DNA of 64,000 nucleotides from contig CM075977.1 in the NCBI GenBank assembly GCA_038087875.1, forward strand, positions 123,442,001 to 123,506,000. The letters run 5' to 3'. Positions 51,153-63,718 of this stretch are shown here, one piece after another; the first letter of the stretch is position 1, and each line of letters opens with the position of its first letter. Source of the stretch: Malacoraja senta (lineage: Eukaryota). Under the pieces are notes generated by a model. The model was not told the origin of the DNA, searched no databases, and saw nothing but the letters and a program-made list of their open reading frames with translations. The position numbers were made by a program, and so were the translations under genes.

Positions 51153-54100
51153 TTACTTAATGGCTTGTCATTCCCGTCCAAAGCAGTGAAAGATGTATGG
51201 ACATGTTTGTGTGCTTCCAATTAAAATACATCCACATTTGAAATGGACCTTAAATATTTTGAGCAGCTATATATTACAATTTGTGCTTCACTAGTCAATT
51301 GGCAGTTTGTTCCATTAAATTTATTCTACAGCAGCTCAGAGTTCTGCCCCTCCCACTGCCCAGGGCAAACGAGGGAACAAAGAACCTCCACCTCTTTACC
51401 AAATGTTGCTCTTTTCTCTTTGTTGCCTCTTACAGAAGAATCTTGCCTGGTGTCTGAGGAAGGACAGCAGCTGATTCTCAACAGGAGTCACAAAACAACT
51501 GGATATAAAACATTTATTTAAAAGTACAGAATGTTCACGCTGTTTAAGCTGTTTGCTGTCCCAACCCATCCCTTGAAATGAATATGCCTACTGATTTTTG
51601 GAAAACGACTATTATTAATAAGTCAATATTTTCTGCAAATTTGTCTATCTTGAATGTAGATCAGCTACAATTTTTTGACATTCATCTCATGATTTATGTA
51701 ACCCTTTACTGAAGGGGCAAACGAAGTGTGTAAGACAATTAAAAAGCCATTACCATTAAAATAGAATTCCAGCCCATGAAAATTCTGCTTTCAACGCTAA
51801 ATAACCATGCTGAAAATCTCTCACTATTAAAAGAACATCGCCATCCTCATATCCTAGTCCTTTAAAAGATCACAGGGTCTCTATTAGAAAATATTTGCAT
51901 CTTCCCTTAACGTGCTCATTGCAAACTATAACTGCAAGAGGGCGTGACGCCATCGGATGTCCTTAACACGTGTGTCGAGAATCAACTGGGTCACAGAGGA
52001 GATTCAATGACATTTGGCTCAATTTTTTAATAACTCACCACAACTTGCTGAAACCATCCTGGCTGATCATATCTCCAAAATAGTACAACTTTCAGCAAAT
52101 CTATAGGCTGCTTGTAGTTCTGTCTCCTTCTAATCAAAAATCTCTTGTCAAAAACTTTTTTTTTTTAAAATAACAAATACGTTTTTCCAAAATGGATTCA
52201 GTGTATTTTTGAATTGTTACTGGCAAGGTCGGCACACATCAACTTTGATGTCAGAGCCAGATTGCAACCTTGGTAGAGGATTGACATTTCCCATTGACAC
52301 TTTCCTTTGCGAGAATTGCGAGATTCTATGACAGAGCTTTGGCAAATTGTCACAAGACACAACAGTCAATAGCACTGACAGCTTGTAAACGTAGAGAGTA
52401 GGATTCTGCTAAGGATTGGCTTCCTCCCAACCACCCATCAAGTGCGAGTCACCTCACAGGCTGGTGTAAAACTGCTACTCCCCAATTCCCAGCCTTTCAA
52501 ATGTCTTGCAGAAGCTGCACAAACTATGTAGCAATCTTGGCAGACTTTGCACAAAACCCAAGGTAGAATTACTCCCAACAGAAGTGGATAAAATTATTAT
52601 TTATTTTCAGTCAAGCATATTTAGTTTGATTTTTGTTCCTGGATATCACCTGATGATGCCAAATTCCTTTGGATGAAACATTCAAATGTGTGCATTGAAA
52701 ATCAAACAACAAAGTGCAAAATGCTGGAGGAACTTAGGAAGAACCTATGGAAGGAATGGGCAGACCACATTTTGGGTCATGACTCTTCTTCACACTGGTG
52801 TTTTCCACAGGATTTTACATTTGTTTTTTTTAAACAAATAGTGGTTTAAACACTGCTTGGTACACTGGCAGCATTTGGAAATCATTAAATTATACCCATC
52901 AATAACAACTGCACACATAACAGGAGCTGGGTCGCCGAACTCTGGTGTTACAAGTGGCAAAAGGGCTATTCAAATTTCCATAGGCCAATAAATCCTATGA
53001 AATCATTCACAGGGCAGTCAATTGAACACATAGGCACCTTTCTTTAAAAAAAAATTCAATTTTAAAAGCACTGAATAGCATTACAGAGCAGCGGGCCACA
53101 ATGGCACAGCAGGCCTCTCAAGCCATTCACAACTGTTCTCCTGCCCCTCCCCTCTCAGAATGACATGGTGTGAGCCAAGGAGACCATCTCAAAAAATGCA
53201 AATTATCCTGACCACACGCATAAAAAAAAAATCAATGAGGTCAGAGGTGCATCCTTTTGAAAGACAGAACTCCTGTCCTGCCCAAAGGCATCTGGACTCC
53301 ACAATAAAAGCAAGCCTTGGCTAATTTATTTGCCGTTTGTAAACCATACAGATCCGGCTGAATTGACTGATTGACAAGTTGATATCAGAGTAGTATTATT
53401 CATTGCCTGCCCTTTCAAAAATGATGCAATGATAAAGAAGATTCCGCTGAGCTGGCAGGCTTATAATAATTTACTCTTCTCTATTCTACTTAAAAGAAAT
53501 CTACTACCAATGCAGCCGTTACATCAGGTCATCCCTGGGGAAAATGTGATTGAATTTAAAATCCCCACAGACACTCCCAAGTAAAATCAGTTTAACACAG
53601 CACAAACTAGGGACTTGGCCCGTGCCGTTAGATTTCCATCCGATGAATAGTTAATCCATTAAATTATCTAGCAAATCTTGAGGAAATATAGCATGATTGC
53701 TAAAACTGTGCACTAACATAATACTAATTCTCATTACAAAGACAATGTGAAAGCTCAGACGACAAGCCAGAAAGGAAGAAATCCTAGTTGAATGGATATG
53801 TTTTGCTATAAAAATATAAAGCTTTGTACAACACATAGAAGTGTTTAGCCGTCACTATTCCCAGTAGGTTCTCACATTTTATAAATATTTCTGCAGTTAA
53901 AATTATAACGTTCTTGAAATAGCATTTTTCACAAATAATTGCCCAAGTAATCAAAATGGATTAAACCTTTAAAAGTAACCTTACAAATGAAAGAAAAGAG
54001 AAATATTTGGCAGTAAAGTGAAAATGTTAATATTACAGGATAAAATTTGGCTGGAAAAATCCCCAGGAAAATGAAAACACATAGAATAAGAGTAATAATA

Positions 54101-56407
54101 TGGTCCATTAAGATCTACTATACCGGCATTTTTAAGCAAGTACGACAGATATACTTTACTAATATACAATCCTATCAATTTTACCATATAACCAGCCTTT
54201 GCATGCAAATAGAAATCCAAACTATTTCAATTGTTTGGTTGAGAAACCAATATTTTGAATGCATTACTTTGCAAACCTGTACTTTCTGCTGAGTTCCCTT
54301 GTCAACAACAGGGCTCTTAGGACGAAGAGGCTCAGCTTTGTCCCTTCTAATACCTTGCTAAGGGTGGACATTTCAACTTGGATTTAATTTTGATCAAAGC
54401 TTTTGTTCTGTCTGATGGACAAGACATTTAATGAAGTGGAAGTCACATCATTCCAACCATCCTTTCCCCATTTTTCTTTGAATGAGGATGTAGCTGTTAA
54501 CTGCCCACACAACATTCAAATATTTGTTCATGTCGGTAACCCATGGAGACGCAATGTCTGGTTCCTTTGCAATAACCATCCACGTAGACTGGTGAGACAC
54601 AGTTAAAGTCATTCAACATTAATTCTTCGGAAATGTAACTGAAGGGTGGTGGCTTGCAGGGCAACTGAGAGTTTTGTGTCAGTGGTAAAACAATAACGGC
54701 AGGGTTGAAGTTATATCACTTTCAGGCATTACAGTATTAAAGAGCATGTGTGAAATGACGCATTTATCCCTTCTTTGTTAACATGTCTTTCATGAGCATA
54801 GGCAAAATGCTTGAGGAGAGTTGCTGCCCTTTTCCTACACATTTTAGTCTGTGGCATGAATTATAATACAACGTGATTAAACTCGAAAAGAAGCAGATGG
54901 ATTGAAACAGTGTGAAGCATATTTGTTACCCAAAAGCTCCTCTCACCAAAACAAATTAGTCTCTACTAGACATAGGTACTTAGAGCTTTCAAAGCATCCT
55001 ATACAAGTAAACTTTACAGTCGACAGCTCAAATACCTGATAGTTTGTCCACACAAGAAACATTTTGGGACAAACTGTAACTCCAGGGTACAATGCCTCAG
55101 CTCTGGCATGACATAGCTTGTCAGTGCATGTATATTTTTGAAACATGAATTGCATTAAGAGTTACCTCCTATATGATCAGTACGGAATGAATCTGTCAAA
55201 TAACTATTTGGAAATGACTCGAGAGACAAGATTGGAAGTGACCCTTCCAAGAAACAGCTATATTGTAGAGAACATTAATGTGGGGTTATAGTTACATTTA
55301 GCCCAGTCTGCTAAAAAACATCAGTAAACCAGTTGAAGTTTTACAACAATCATGATTACAACATGATCACTTTCATTGTCCCACTTTTCTTATTTCTCGA
55401 CATTATAAACAGAATTAAAATTTTCAAAATGTGAGATTTCAACTTTATTCTCCAGGCATGAGCCCAGTAAGTCATTATACTATCAAAGAGGTCCTTGTTT
55501 GGACATGGTAAAATAACCAGCACATTACCATTCTAGGAGCTGGAGGGGTTGAGTAGATGAAGGACAACCAAAAGAGCTGCATTGACTGAGCAAGGATCAA
55601 TACAGATTGCTTTTTGACACAGAAACCCTTCTGTTATCAGGTTTCTGAACAGACCTTCCCGGCTTCCATAAGCTAGAGTACAATCCGATTCACCTCAATC
55701 CCACTGCAGACATTAGACTTTGTCTATGGAATTGTTGCACTACAATGTTGAGAATTATACTCTGTATCTTCCTTCCCCTTTGCTCTTTCTATTGTACTTG
55801 AGATTTACATGATAGTATTTATGAAGAGTATTATCTGGATGTGATCTGATAGCAGGTAAAACAAAGCTTTTCACTATACCTCGATACACGTTACAATAAT
55901 AAACCTAAACCTATACAGGCACCCTTCAGTTGGAAGCTCAACTCAATAACATAAAGGTAGTCACAAAATGCTGGAGTAACTCAGTGGGACAGGCAGCATC
56001 TCCGGAGAGATATACATAACATAATGACTGCATGCCCTATAGTTCAAGCTGAAACATTGCCCAGAGAGGGGAATAGAATTAGTGGACAACAATCATAGAG
56101 TATTTTTAAATGGTCACAAATGATGAATAATTATCCTTGAAAAAGACTGTACATCACTTGCTGCTCTTTTCTTTTCATGAGTCAGCTTTGCTCTCGAGTT
56201 GTGCATAGCTGACATTTTCTCATAGCACCTCAAACAAGTCTAGCTTTCAAACACTAGAACATATATATTTATTCATTTTAGTGAACGGATGTCAAGTCAC
56301 CTTCCTGAACCATTTTAGTTCTTCAGCTAAAGCTAAATTTCAATGCTGTTGAGTGTTTCAGGATTTAGAATGATGAAGGAATAGTGATTAGTGATTTTTC
56401 ATTTACT

Positions 56408-56790
56408 TAAAGAAAGACTTGCATTTTTACATTTTATTTCGTAATCTCAGGTCATTCTGCAGCATTTTATTCCCAAAGAAATACATCTGAGATTTTGCTG
56501 TTTTAATGCAGATAACATTTTATCCAATTTAGCCCACAGAGCAGAAATCTAATGATAGCCATTGGTTGAGATAGATATGGGCTGACCAGGCCACTGCAGC
56601 TACCTCCCGTCTCCTCTTTGAAGTTAAGCCAAGGAATATTTTTACAGCAACTGAGAACAAACCAGTTCTTCATTTTAACGCATCATTTTAATAATCTTGT
56701 CTGATAATTGACTGTCAACTTACCGTCTGGTCCTCACTCTGGAAGATAACTTGAATCCACATCCCTCTCTTTCAGGCGCACTATGCCATT
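56408..56790 (-). mobile_element. Ancient DeuSINE/SacSINE1-like remnant
   Basis: Begins aaagaaagacttgcattt (L2-type tail, antisense) and continues with Deu-domain-like ctcctctttgaagttaagccaaggaatatttttac. Assigned by resemblance. Confidence 0.5.
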
Positions 56791-57994
56791 ATGCAATGGC
56801 TGACACCACAAATGGATAAGACTCAACCTTATTCTGCTAGTTTAGTTGCTCGAAATTCCAGCATCTGCAGTCTCTTGTGCCTCCTAAGATACAACCTGCT
56901 CTCTCCTTGGAATAATTAATGTGGTGCGGGTCCTCAAGACAAGGAGCCTGAATGCAATCCCTACGGTATTTGATACTTCCCATAAGCAAAGCCAATCTAG
57001 TCATATTTGTTTCTCGGTAGATATATTTAGATTGAATTCCTGTTACATTGGAATTTTAAAAAAGTGAGTCGTAATTTTTATTTTAATTCCTACAAAAAAG
57101 CAGTATAAAGTGCACAATCAATCTGCCTGTGAATCATTTTATTTCAGCCTTTGCCCTGCTGAATAAACATAACTGCCATCTGTTTAGCAGAAAAAATGCT
57201 GTGACTAACACTCCATAAAGGTCTCAACAATAACAACCAAGCAAGCCAGAAATCCATGCTTACAAGAAAAGTGACTGCTTTCTGTTAACAAAGAAAACAA
57301 ATCTCAACTTTTTAGATAAGGTGGGCTGAGGAGATTCAAATGTGCAATTCTGAAATGATTGCATTAATCTGAAAACCCCTCGAGATGGGTTTTTTATCGT
57401 AGAAAAAGCCCAGATTTTCACCACTGCTGCCGGTTTTTATTTTACTAATCTCATTGTCATTTTATCAGCATAAATTGTTGATTGTCAGCAAATTATTTTC
57501 TTAAAACTAATTTCAAATTAACGAGGATGACTATTCTATTCTTTCCTTAACATTTACATATTTGTTTCAATTACCAGAAATTAATTTAGATTCCCAACAC
57601 TGCAGATTGAGAGCTGAATGTTAGAAGGGCTATCACGAAGACATGAATGAGAACATTCATTATAGAAAGCATGCACATTAAAAGCTAATGAAAGTTAATG
57701 AAACTATGAGTCAACAGCAAGTGTTGGGAAGTAGCTCTCACAGTAACTTAGGTGAGAAGCTATAACTAAATAGCAGTAAATCCTGCAGCATTTATTACTA
57801 ATTAGAGCTTGAATTCCCTACTTGAAAAACAATGATTAAACAGAGTCTCGATCATAATGATTTGTAGCCTTGGCTGCTTCAACCTCAGTAAATATATTGC
57901 AGCATTGATATCATTTAAAAATATCTTTAATTGCAAGCATTACGATTCAACATAGAATGTGATGAAGGTTTTATTTTATCCACTGGTATTGTTA

Positions 57995-59050
57995 GCTTGA
58001 GAAGCTGGGAGCTTTTAAACCTTGTGTCGAATGTAACCTCGCAGGGTTGCATGCTAAGAGGTTCTAGGATTGTACCCCAGTGACCATATTTCCTGGTCAG
58101 GATGGTTTATCACTTAGAGTGGGTGTGCGGCTGGTGATATTCCCATGTGCCTGTTCTGCTTGTTTTTCCAAGAGGGGTCAGAGGTTTGAGAGGTGCTGTC
58201 AAAACATTTTGGTGAGCTGTTCCAGTGCATTTTGCAGATGGTACATACCAGCCACAGAAATGAAGAAAGTTAACTTTTAGGGTGGTAGAACGAGTGCCAA
58301 TTTTCCTGCTTGTGCCAATGAAGCTATTTTTCACCCAGAGAGTTGTGAAGCTGTAGATTTCTCTGCCACAGAAGGCAGTGGAGGCCAATTCACTGGATGT
58401 TTTCAAGAGAGAGTTAGATTTAGCTCTTACGGCTAAAGGAGTCAAGGGATATGGGGAAAAAAGCTGGAACGGGGTTTAGATGATCAGTCATAATCATATT
58501 GAATGGCGGTGCTGGCTCGAAGGGCCAAATGGCCTACTCCTGCACATATTTTTCCATGTTTTTTTTTCTATTTTATCCAGAATGGTAGCCAGCTCCTTGA
58601 GTATCATTGAAGTTGCACTTATTCAGACAAGTGGAGAGTATTCTGCCACACTTCTATCTTGTACCATGAATATGGTGAAAGGTTTTGAGGAGTCAGAAGA
58701 TGGGAGATTACTTGGCACTTGTGTGGTGTGAATGGTATTTGCCAGTTATGCTGCTGAAGTCTTGTAGCATGGGGCAGACTGCTTGAATTTTAGTGGATCT
58801 ATACATGAAGTTGAAAACTGTAAGCATCAGCAAATAGTTTGATGTCTGACTTTTAGCAAAGGGAAGGTCACTGACGAAGCAGGTGAAGATGTTAGGCATC
58901 TGGACTGGCTGGGATCATTAGTCTCCAACAATCGGAACAATCTTCATTTCGCCAGAATGCTCTCTGTGGAAAGTTTTTCCCTCGATCCTCATTGATTTCT
59001 ATTTGACTACAGTTTCTCCATGCCACATTTGTGGGAGAAAATACTTAGAT
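57995..59050. mobile_element. Old decayed non-LTR element interrupted by a younger CR1 3' fragment (+ strand, about 58326-58560)
   Basis: The inner piece ttcacccagagagttgtgaa...ggcctactcctgcac is clearly CR1. The flanks look like degenerate antisense RT. Confidence 0.6.
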
Positions 59051-59833
59051 ATCAGCAGTAACTGTTGTGCTGCAGCAAGTATGAATTTCATTGTTCTATC
59101 TGGGACATATGACAATAAAACACTCTTGACTTTCTTATTTGGAATCCGTTACTGTCCATATTGACACCGTCAGAAGCCACAGTTCTCATGGAACCCAAAT
59201 TAAAATTTTGAGTACCATATTATTAATTATCAGTTGATAGCAGATTCATTCGCACCTTGGAGTTTGTTACAAATGCTTTGAATTATGCACATCCATGCTA
59301 ATTTCTGCCATCTCGGAGGAAGGTGATCTCCATAGATCCTCCTCATTATCTGTTCTCATTCACAATTCAATTCAAAATTCAACTTATCTTTGGTTTGACC
59401 TGTAAGTTGTATGAACGCTTTATGTTTATTGTTTTCTGCGTGTGTTGTTTAGATTCTAGACAGTCTTCTGTTGTAGCTTTATTAGATTGCCATCTCATTA
59501 TTAGTTAAGCATAGTGCTGCTCCTATCGTTCTTCAACACCCTCTATAACAAATTTGTGGGATGAAGAATTATGTTGAGCCTTAAGCTTAAAGTGGACGAG
59601 TCTAATTCTGTTGCTGTTGATGACCTACAGTGTCTGAAGTATGTTGAGTTCAGAGATGGTAGATGTACTAATGTCCATGCAGAGATCTGTTCAAACCATT
59701 TCCTCAAGAACTCAGTTAACACACTGTCCAACCAGAACCTTGATGATTCTTGTAATAAAGGCACTGCCTGCTATAAAACTGAACCACACAAACGTTTGTC
59801 AAAGTTCTGATCCTTTGCTAGTAAGGAATTGAT

Positions 59834-59950
59834 GCCATGATCATATGATCAGCCATGATCATATTGATCAGCCATGATCATATTGAATGGTGGTGTTGGC
59901 TCGATGGGCCAAGTGGCCTACTCCTGCACCTATTTTTAAAGTTTCTATGA
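59834..59950 (+). mobile_element. CR1 3'UTR-only fragment with a triplicated 5' end
   Basis: gccatgatcata at 59834, 59852 and 59871, then ttgaatggtggt..ggcctactcctgcacctat. Confidence 0.85.
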
Positions 59951-61248
59951 ATCATGATAGTGATACCAGAATTAGTCCGTGTAATCAAGTACCACTCCTG
60001 AATGTTACTCATTGACCTTTCCTGGTAAATACATGGATACAAGAGAAATATGGCAGAGCCTTATGATGTACCACCCTTGTTGAGGAGCTGTGCCATATTG
60101 TGAATTTTCCTTTAAAATTGCATGAATTGATGTCAGATATAGCTGATATTGACACATGGGGAATGGGTAATTTGAAGGGTACTGCAGCAAAAGTAAAGGC
60201 CTTTCAAATTCTCAGTTTTGTTTTGTTTTGTGTGAGGCAGTGTGTGCATGCATGTGTAAGTGAAAAAGATATGTAGTAACTGAGCTATTAGTGACCAAAA
60301 ATATCACTTTGTGAAGAAACCTTAACATCTGACAGCACATGGACAAGCTTTGAACATTGTAATAGCACATGGACATGCCTTAGACATTGTAATAGTATTT
60401 ATATTGAAAACTAGGCGAGGCAAATTATAAATGACAGTTGATCTGCTGGAAGTCAATGCCCTTTCTGCATTCCTACTTGAAGGACTTAAGGGTTTTTGCA
60501 CTCATATGTGGTTATTCATTTATAGATTTTTTTGGTATTATATATTGTCCATGCGTAATGCGTTTAGAGCCAGTTATGCTGCTGCAAGTAAAATGTCATT
60601 GTGCTGTTGTCGATACATCTGACAATTAAACACTCTTAACTTGACTCTTGACTTGAAGTACAGGGTTCCTATCATAACTGGCAGTAAAATATTTATCAGC
60701 AAATTGCAGTTGTTCAGCTCAGAAGGGTAAAACATTTAAAAACTGTGAAGTGATGGCACACCAAACATCTGTTCCCCCCTCTTTTTCCACTGCTATCGGG
60801 CAACCAAATTGATGTTCTGACAGTTCAGTCGAGGACCAACACAGCACAGTCATCATCTATGGCAAGCAGCTCTCTACAACAAAAGGAATTCCCTTGAGTC
60901 TCATCATGACATCATTTTTGCAATATAATCTCCGATAATGTAAAATGAAACAGGTATGTAACTTGGATATTACAAAGGCCTCCCACAACAGCCTTGAGAT
61001 GACAAAAGTGCACGTTCAGTCATTTGACAGGACCAAGGCCTCTATTTTGGCTGCTTTTCATGCCAAACACAAAACAAACTGAAAAAGCACTTGGCCAGAG
61101 TATTTTTTACAGGCAAATGCAGATGTTTCACATCTCATGATTCCTAAGAAAATAATACAAATTATTTGATTAACTATATTTAAGTAGCTTGGTTCTAGTG
61201 TTTAAACCTTCCTTGCATAGCACAATGAACAAACCCATTATGACACTG

Positions 61249-62994
61249 AACAATAGACAATAGGTGCAGGAGTAGGCCATTCGGCCCTTTGAGCCAGCAC
61301 CAAGAGCGGAACTCGCTATCAAAACATGGAGGGGACGGGGACACACATTTTATGGCGTCCGCGTGCGCATGCGCACACTCACACACGTGCGAGGCTTCGG
61401 AGGCTCAATCCAGCGCTAAATGCAGCTCAACTGTGCCTGTATCACCAGGTTAACTACAGCCGTGCCTGGACTGACGGGATACCAGCGCTGCTTCTCCACG
61501 CTGGCCATATTTCCCGCAAGTCCAGGAAGGCTATAGGCTCACCTGGCGGGACAGGCAGAGTTGACCTGGTTTAGCGCTGCTTCTCTGCGCTGGCTGTGGG
61601 CCGGGGGGGCACCGCGCCGGTCTGACTACCGACCAAAGATCCTATAGCGGAGGATCGTTGCTGCCGACCTCTCTGGCCACCCGTGGGGGGGACACTCTGG
61701 TGGGGATGGGACAGCGCCGGAGACCCGGCCGGGATCGATCCTGCCTGCGGATGAAGCGCAGGTCTATGCCACGTCTCCCTCCTCCAATCACCGCGCTCTA
61801 CCCTCAGGCCAACCCCCCCACTCATCCCTCCTCCAATCATCGCGCTGAATTATTATGTCCCGCCCCCATTGCCTGCTGACTGACGTCTCTCTCGTCCAAT
61901 CGGCGCCCTCGATCTTCAGTCCCACCCCCACTGTCTCGCGGAAAGCGGAGATTTCATCGGATTTTAAAATCCGGATCACAAAAACTTGGGGGGGGATGTC
62001 CCCCACCTCTCAAAACATGGAGGGGACGTGTCCCCTCTGGCCCCCCTGGGTTTTCCGCCCCTGGCCAGCACCGCCATTCAATATGATCATGGCTGATCAT
62101 CCACAATCAGTACCCCGTTCCTGCCTTCTCGCCATATCCCCGGACTCCACTATCTTTAAGAGCTCTATCTAACTCTCTCTGGAAAGCATCCAGAGAATTG
62201 GCCTCCACTGCCTTCTGTGGCAGAGAATTCCACAGATTCACAAACCTCTGTGTGAAAAAGTTTTTCCTCATTTCCGTTCTAAATGGCTTACCCCTTATTC
62301 TTAAACTGTGGCCCCTGGTTCTGAACTCCCCCAATATCGGGAACATGTTTCCTGCCTTTAGCGTGTCCAAACCCTTAATAATCTTTTATGTTTCAATAAG
62401 ATTCCCTCTCATCCTTCTAAATTCCAGAGTATACAAACCCAGCCACTCCATTCTATCAACATATGGCAGTCCTGTCATCCCAGGAATTAACCTTGTGAAT
62501 CTACGCTGCACTCCCTCAATAGCAAGAATGTCCTTCCTCAAATTTGGAACCAAAACTGCACACAATACTCCATGTGTGGTCTCACTACGACCCCTGTACA
62601 GCTGCAGAAGGACCTCTTTGCTCCTATTGTTATGAAGGCCAACATGCCATTCGCTTTCTTCACTGCCTGCTGTACCTGCATGCTTACTTTCAGTGACGGA
62701 TGAACAAGGACACCCAGATCACGTTGTACTTCCCCTTTTCCTAACTTGACACCATTCAGATAATAATCTGCCTTCCTGTTCTTGCCACCAAAGTGGATAA
62801 CCTCACATTTATCCACATTAAATTACATCTGCCATGCATCTGCCCACTCACCCAACCTGTCCAAATCACCTGCATCCTCATAGCATCTTCCTCACAGTTC
62901 ACACTGCCACCCAGCTATGTCATCTGCAAATTTGCTAATGTTACTTTTAATCCCGTCATCTAATCATTAATGCATATTGTAAATAGCTGTGGTC
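61249..62994 (-). mobile_element. CR1 (HER1-like) LINE fragment split by the hAT element
   Basis: ORFs 62538..62816 and 62107..62370 encode the CR1 ORF2 C-terminus; FAD motif near 62920-62933; 3' tail at 61249-61300. Confidence 0.92.
61301..62063. mobile_element. Non-autonomous hAT-type DNA transposon (763 bp), 8-bp TSD, inserted in a CR1 3'UTR
   Basis: TSD gccagcac at 61293-61300 and 62064-62071. Imperfect TIR CAAGAGCGGAA vs (reverse complement) CAGGGGCGGAA. Subterminal repeats aaaacatggaggggac. Confidence 0.88.
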
Positions 62995-63577
62995 GCGGTC
63001 GCCGCTGAGCTTATGCCTAGACCGTGGGATATTCAGCAACCCCAAGTCGGCCGATCTGAGGGGCCTGGAGGTGGAGTGGTGGGTGAGAAGACTTTTTATG
63101 TAGGTGGGGGCAAGCCCATTGAGGGCTTTGTAGACATGGAGGAAGATCTTGAAGTTTATACGGAACCGCACAGGGAGCCAGTGGAGAGAGGCCAGGATCG
63201 GGGTGATGTGGTCCCTTTTTTGGGTGCCCGTCAGGAGTCTCGCTGCGGCGTTTTGGACCAGTTGCAGGCGGGAGAGGGAAGATTGGCTGATGCCAGTGTA
63301 AAGGGAGTTGCAGTAATCTAGGCGGGAGGAGATGAATGTGTGGATGATCTTTTCGAGGTCATCAAACTGGAGGAATTGTTTTATTTTAGCTATCGTCCGA
63401 AGCTGTAAGAAGCTAGCTTTTACCACGGCATTGACTTGTTTGTCAAATTTCAGTGCTGAGTCAAATATCACGCCAAGGGTTTTGACGTGAGGTTTGAGTA
63501 GTGGGGTAAGGCTTCCAAGGCTGCCTGCTATCATTTTGATTGAGTCCGAGGGGCCGAGAAGGATGACCTCAGACTTT
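62995..63577 (-). mobile_element. L2-clade LINE ORF2 C-terminal fragment
   Basis: ORF 62956..63534 contains VKTLGVIFD..IHTFISSRLDYCNSL..LQLVQNAAARLL..HITPILASLHWLPV, diagnostic of L2. Confidence 0.93.
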
Positions 63578-63620
63578 TACACTTTTCACTTGAAAAAGTT
63601 TAAACAGACACTCAAATTCT

Positions 63621-63718
63621 CAGAGTCTGAAGAAGGGTATCGGCCCAAACCGTTGCCTATTTCCTTCGCTCCATAGATGCTGCCGCACCCGCTGAGTTTC
63701 TCCAGCACTTTTGTCTAC
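63621..63718 (+). mobile_element. Penelope-derived mini-element with hammerhead-like core and 10-bp TSD
   Basis: TSD ctcaaattct at 63611-63620 and 63719-63728. Decayed core at 63627-63654. Confidence 0.85.

Noticed and set aside
57371-57396. Rho-independent terminator-like hairpin plus T-run (aaaacccctcgagatgggttttttt)
   Set aside because: Eukaryotic intron with no associated bacterial-type gene; probably chance or a TE relic.
62956-63534. 192-aa ORF as a host gene
   Set aside because: L2 LINE ORF2 fragment lacking the RT core.
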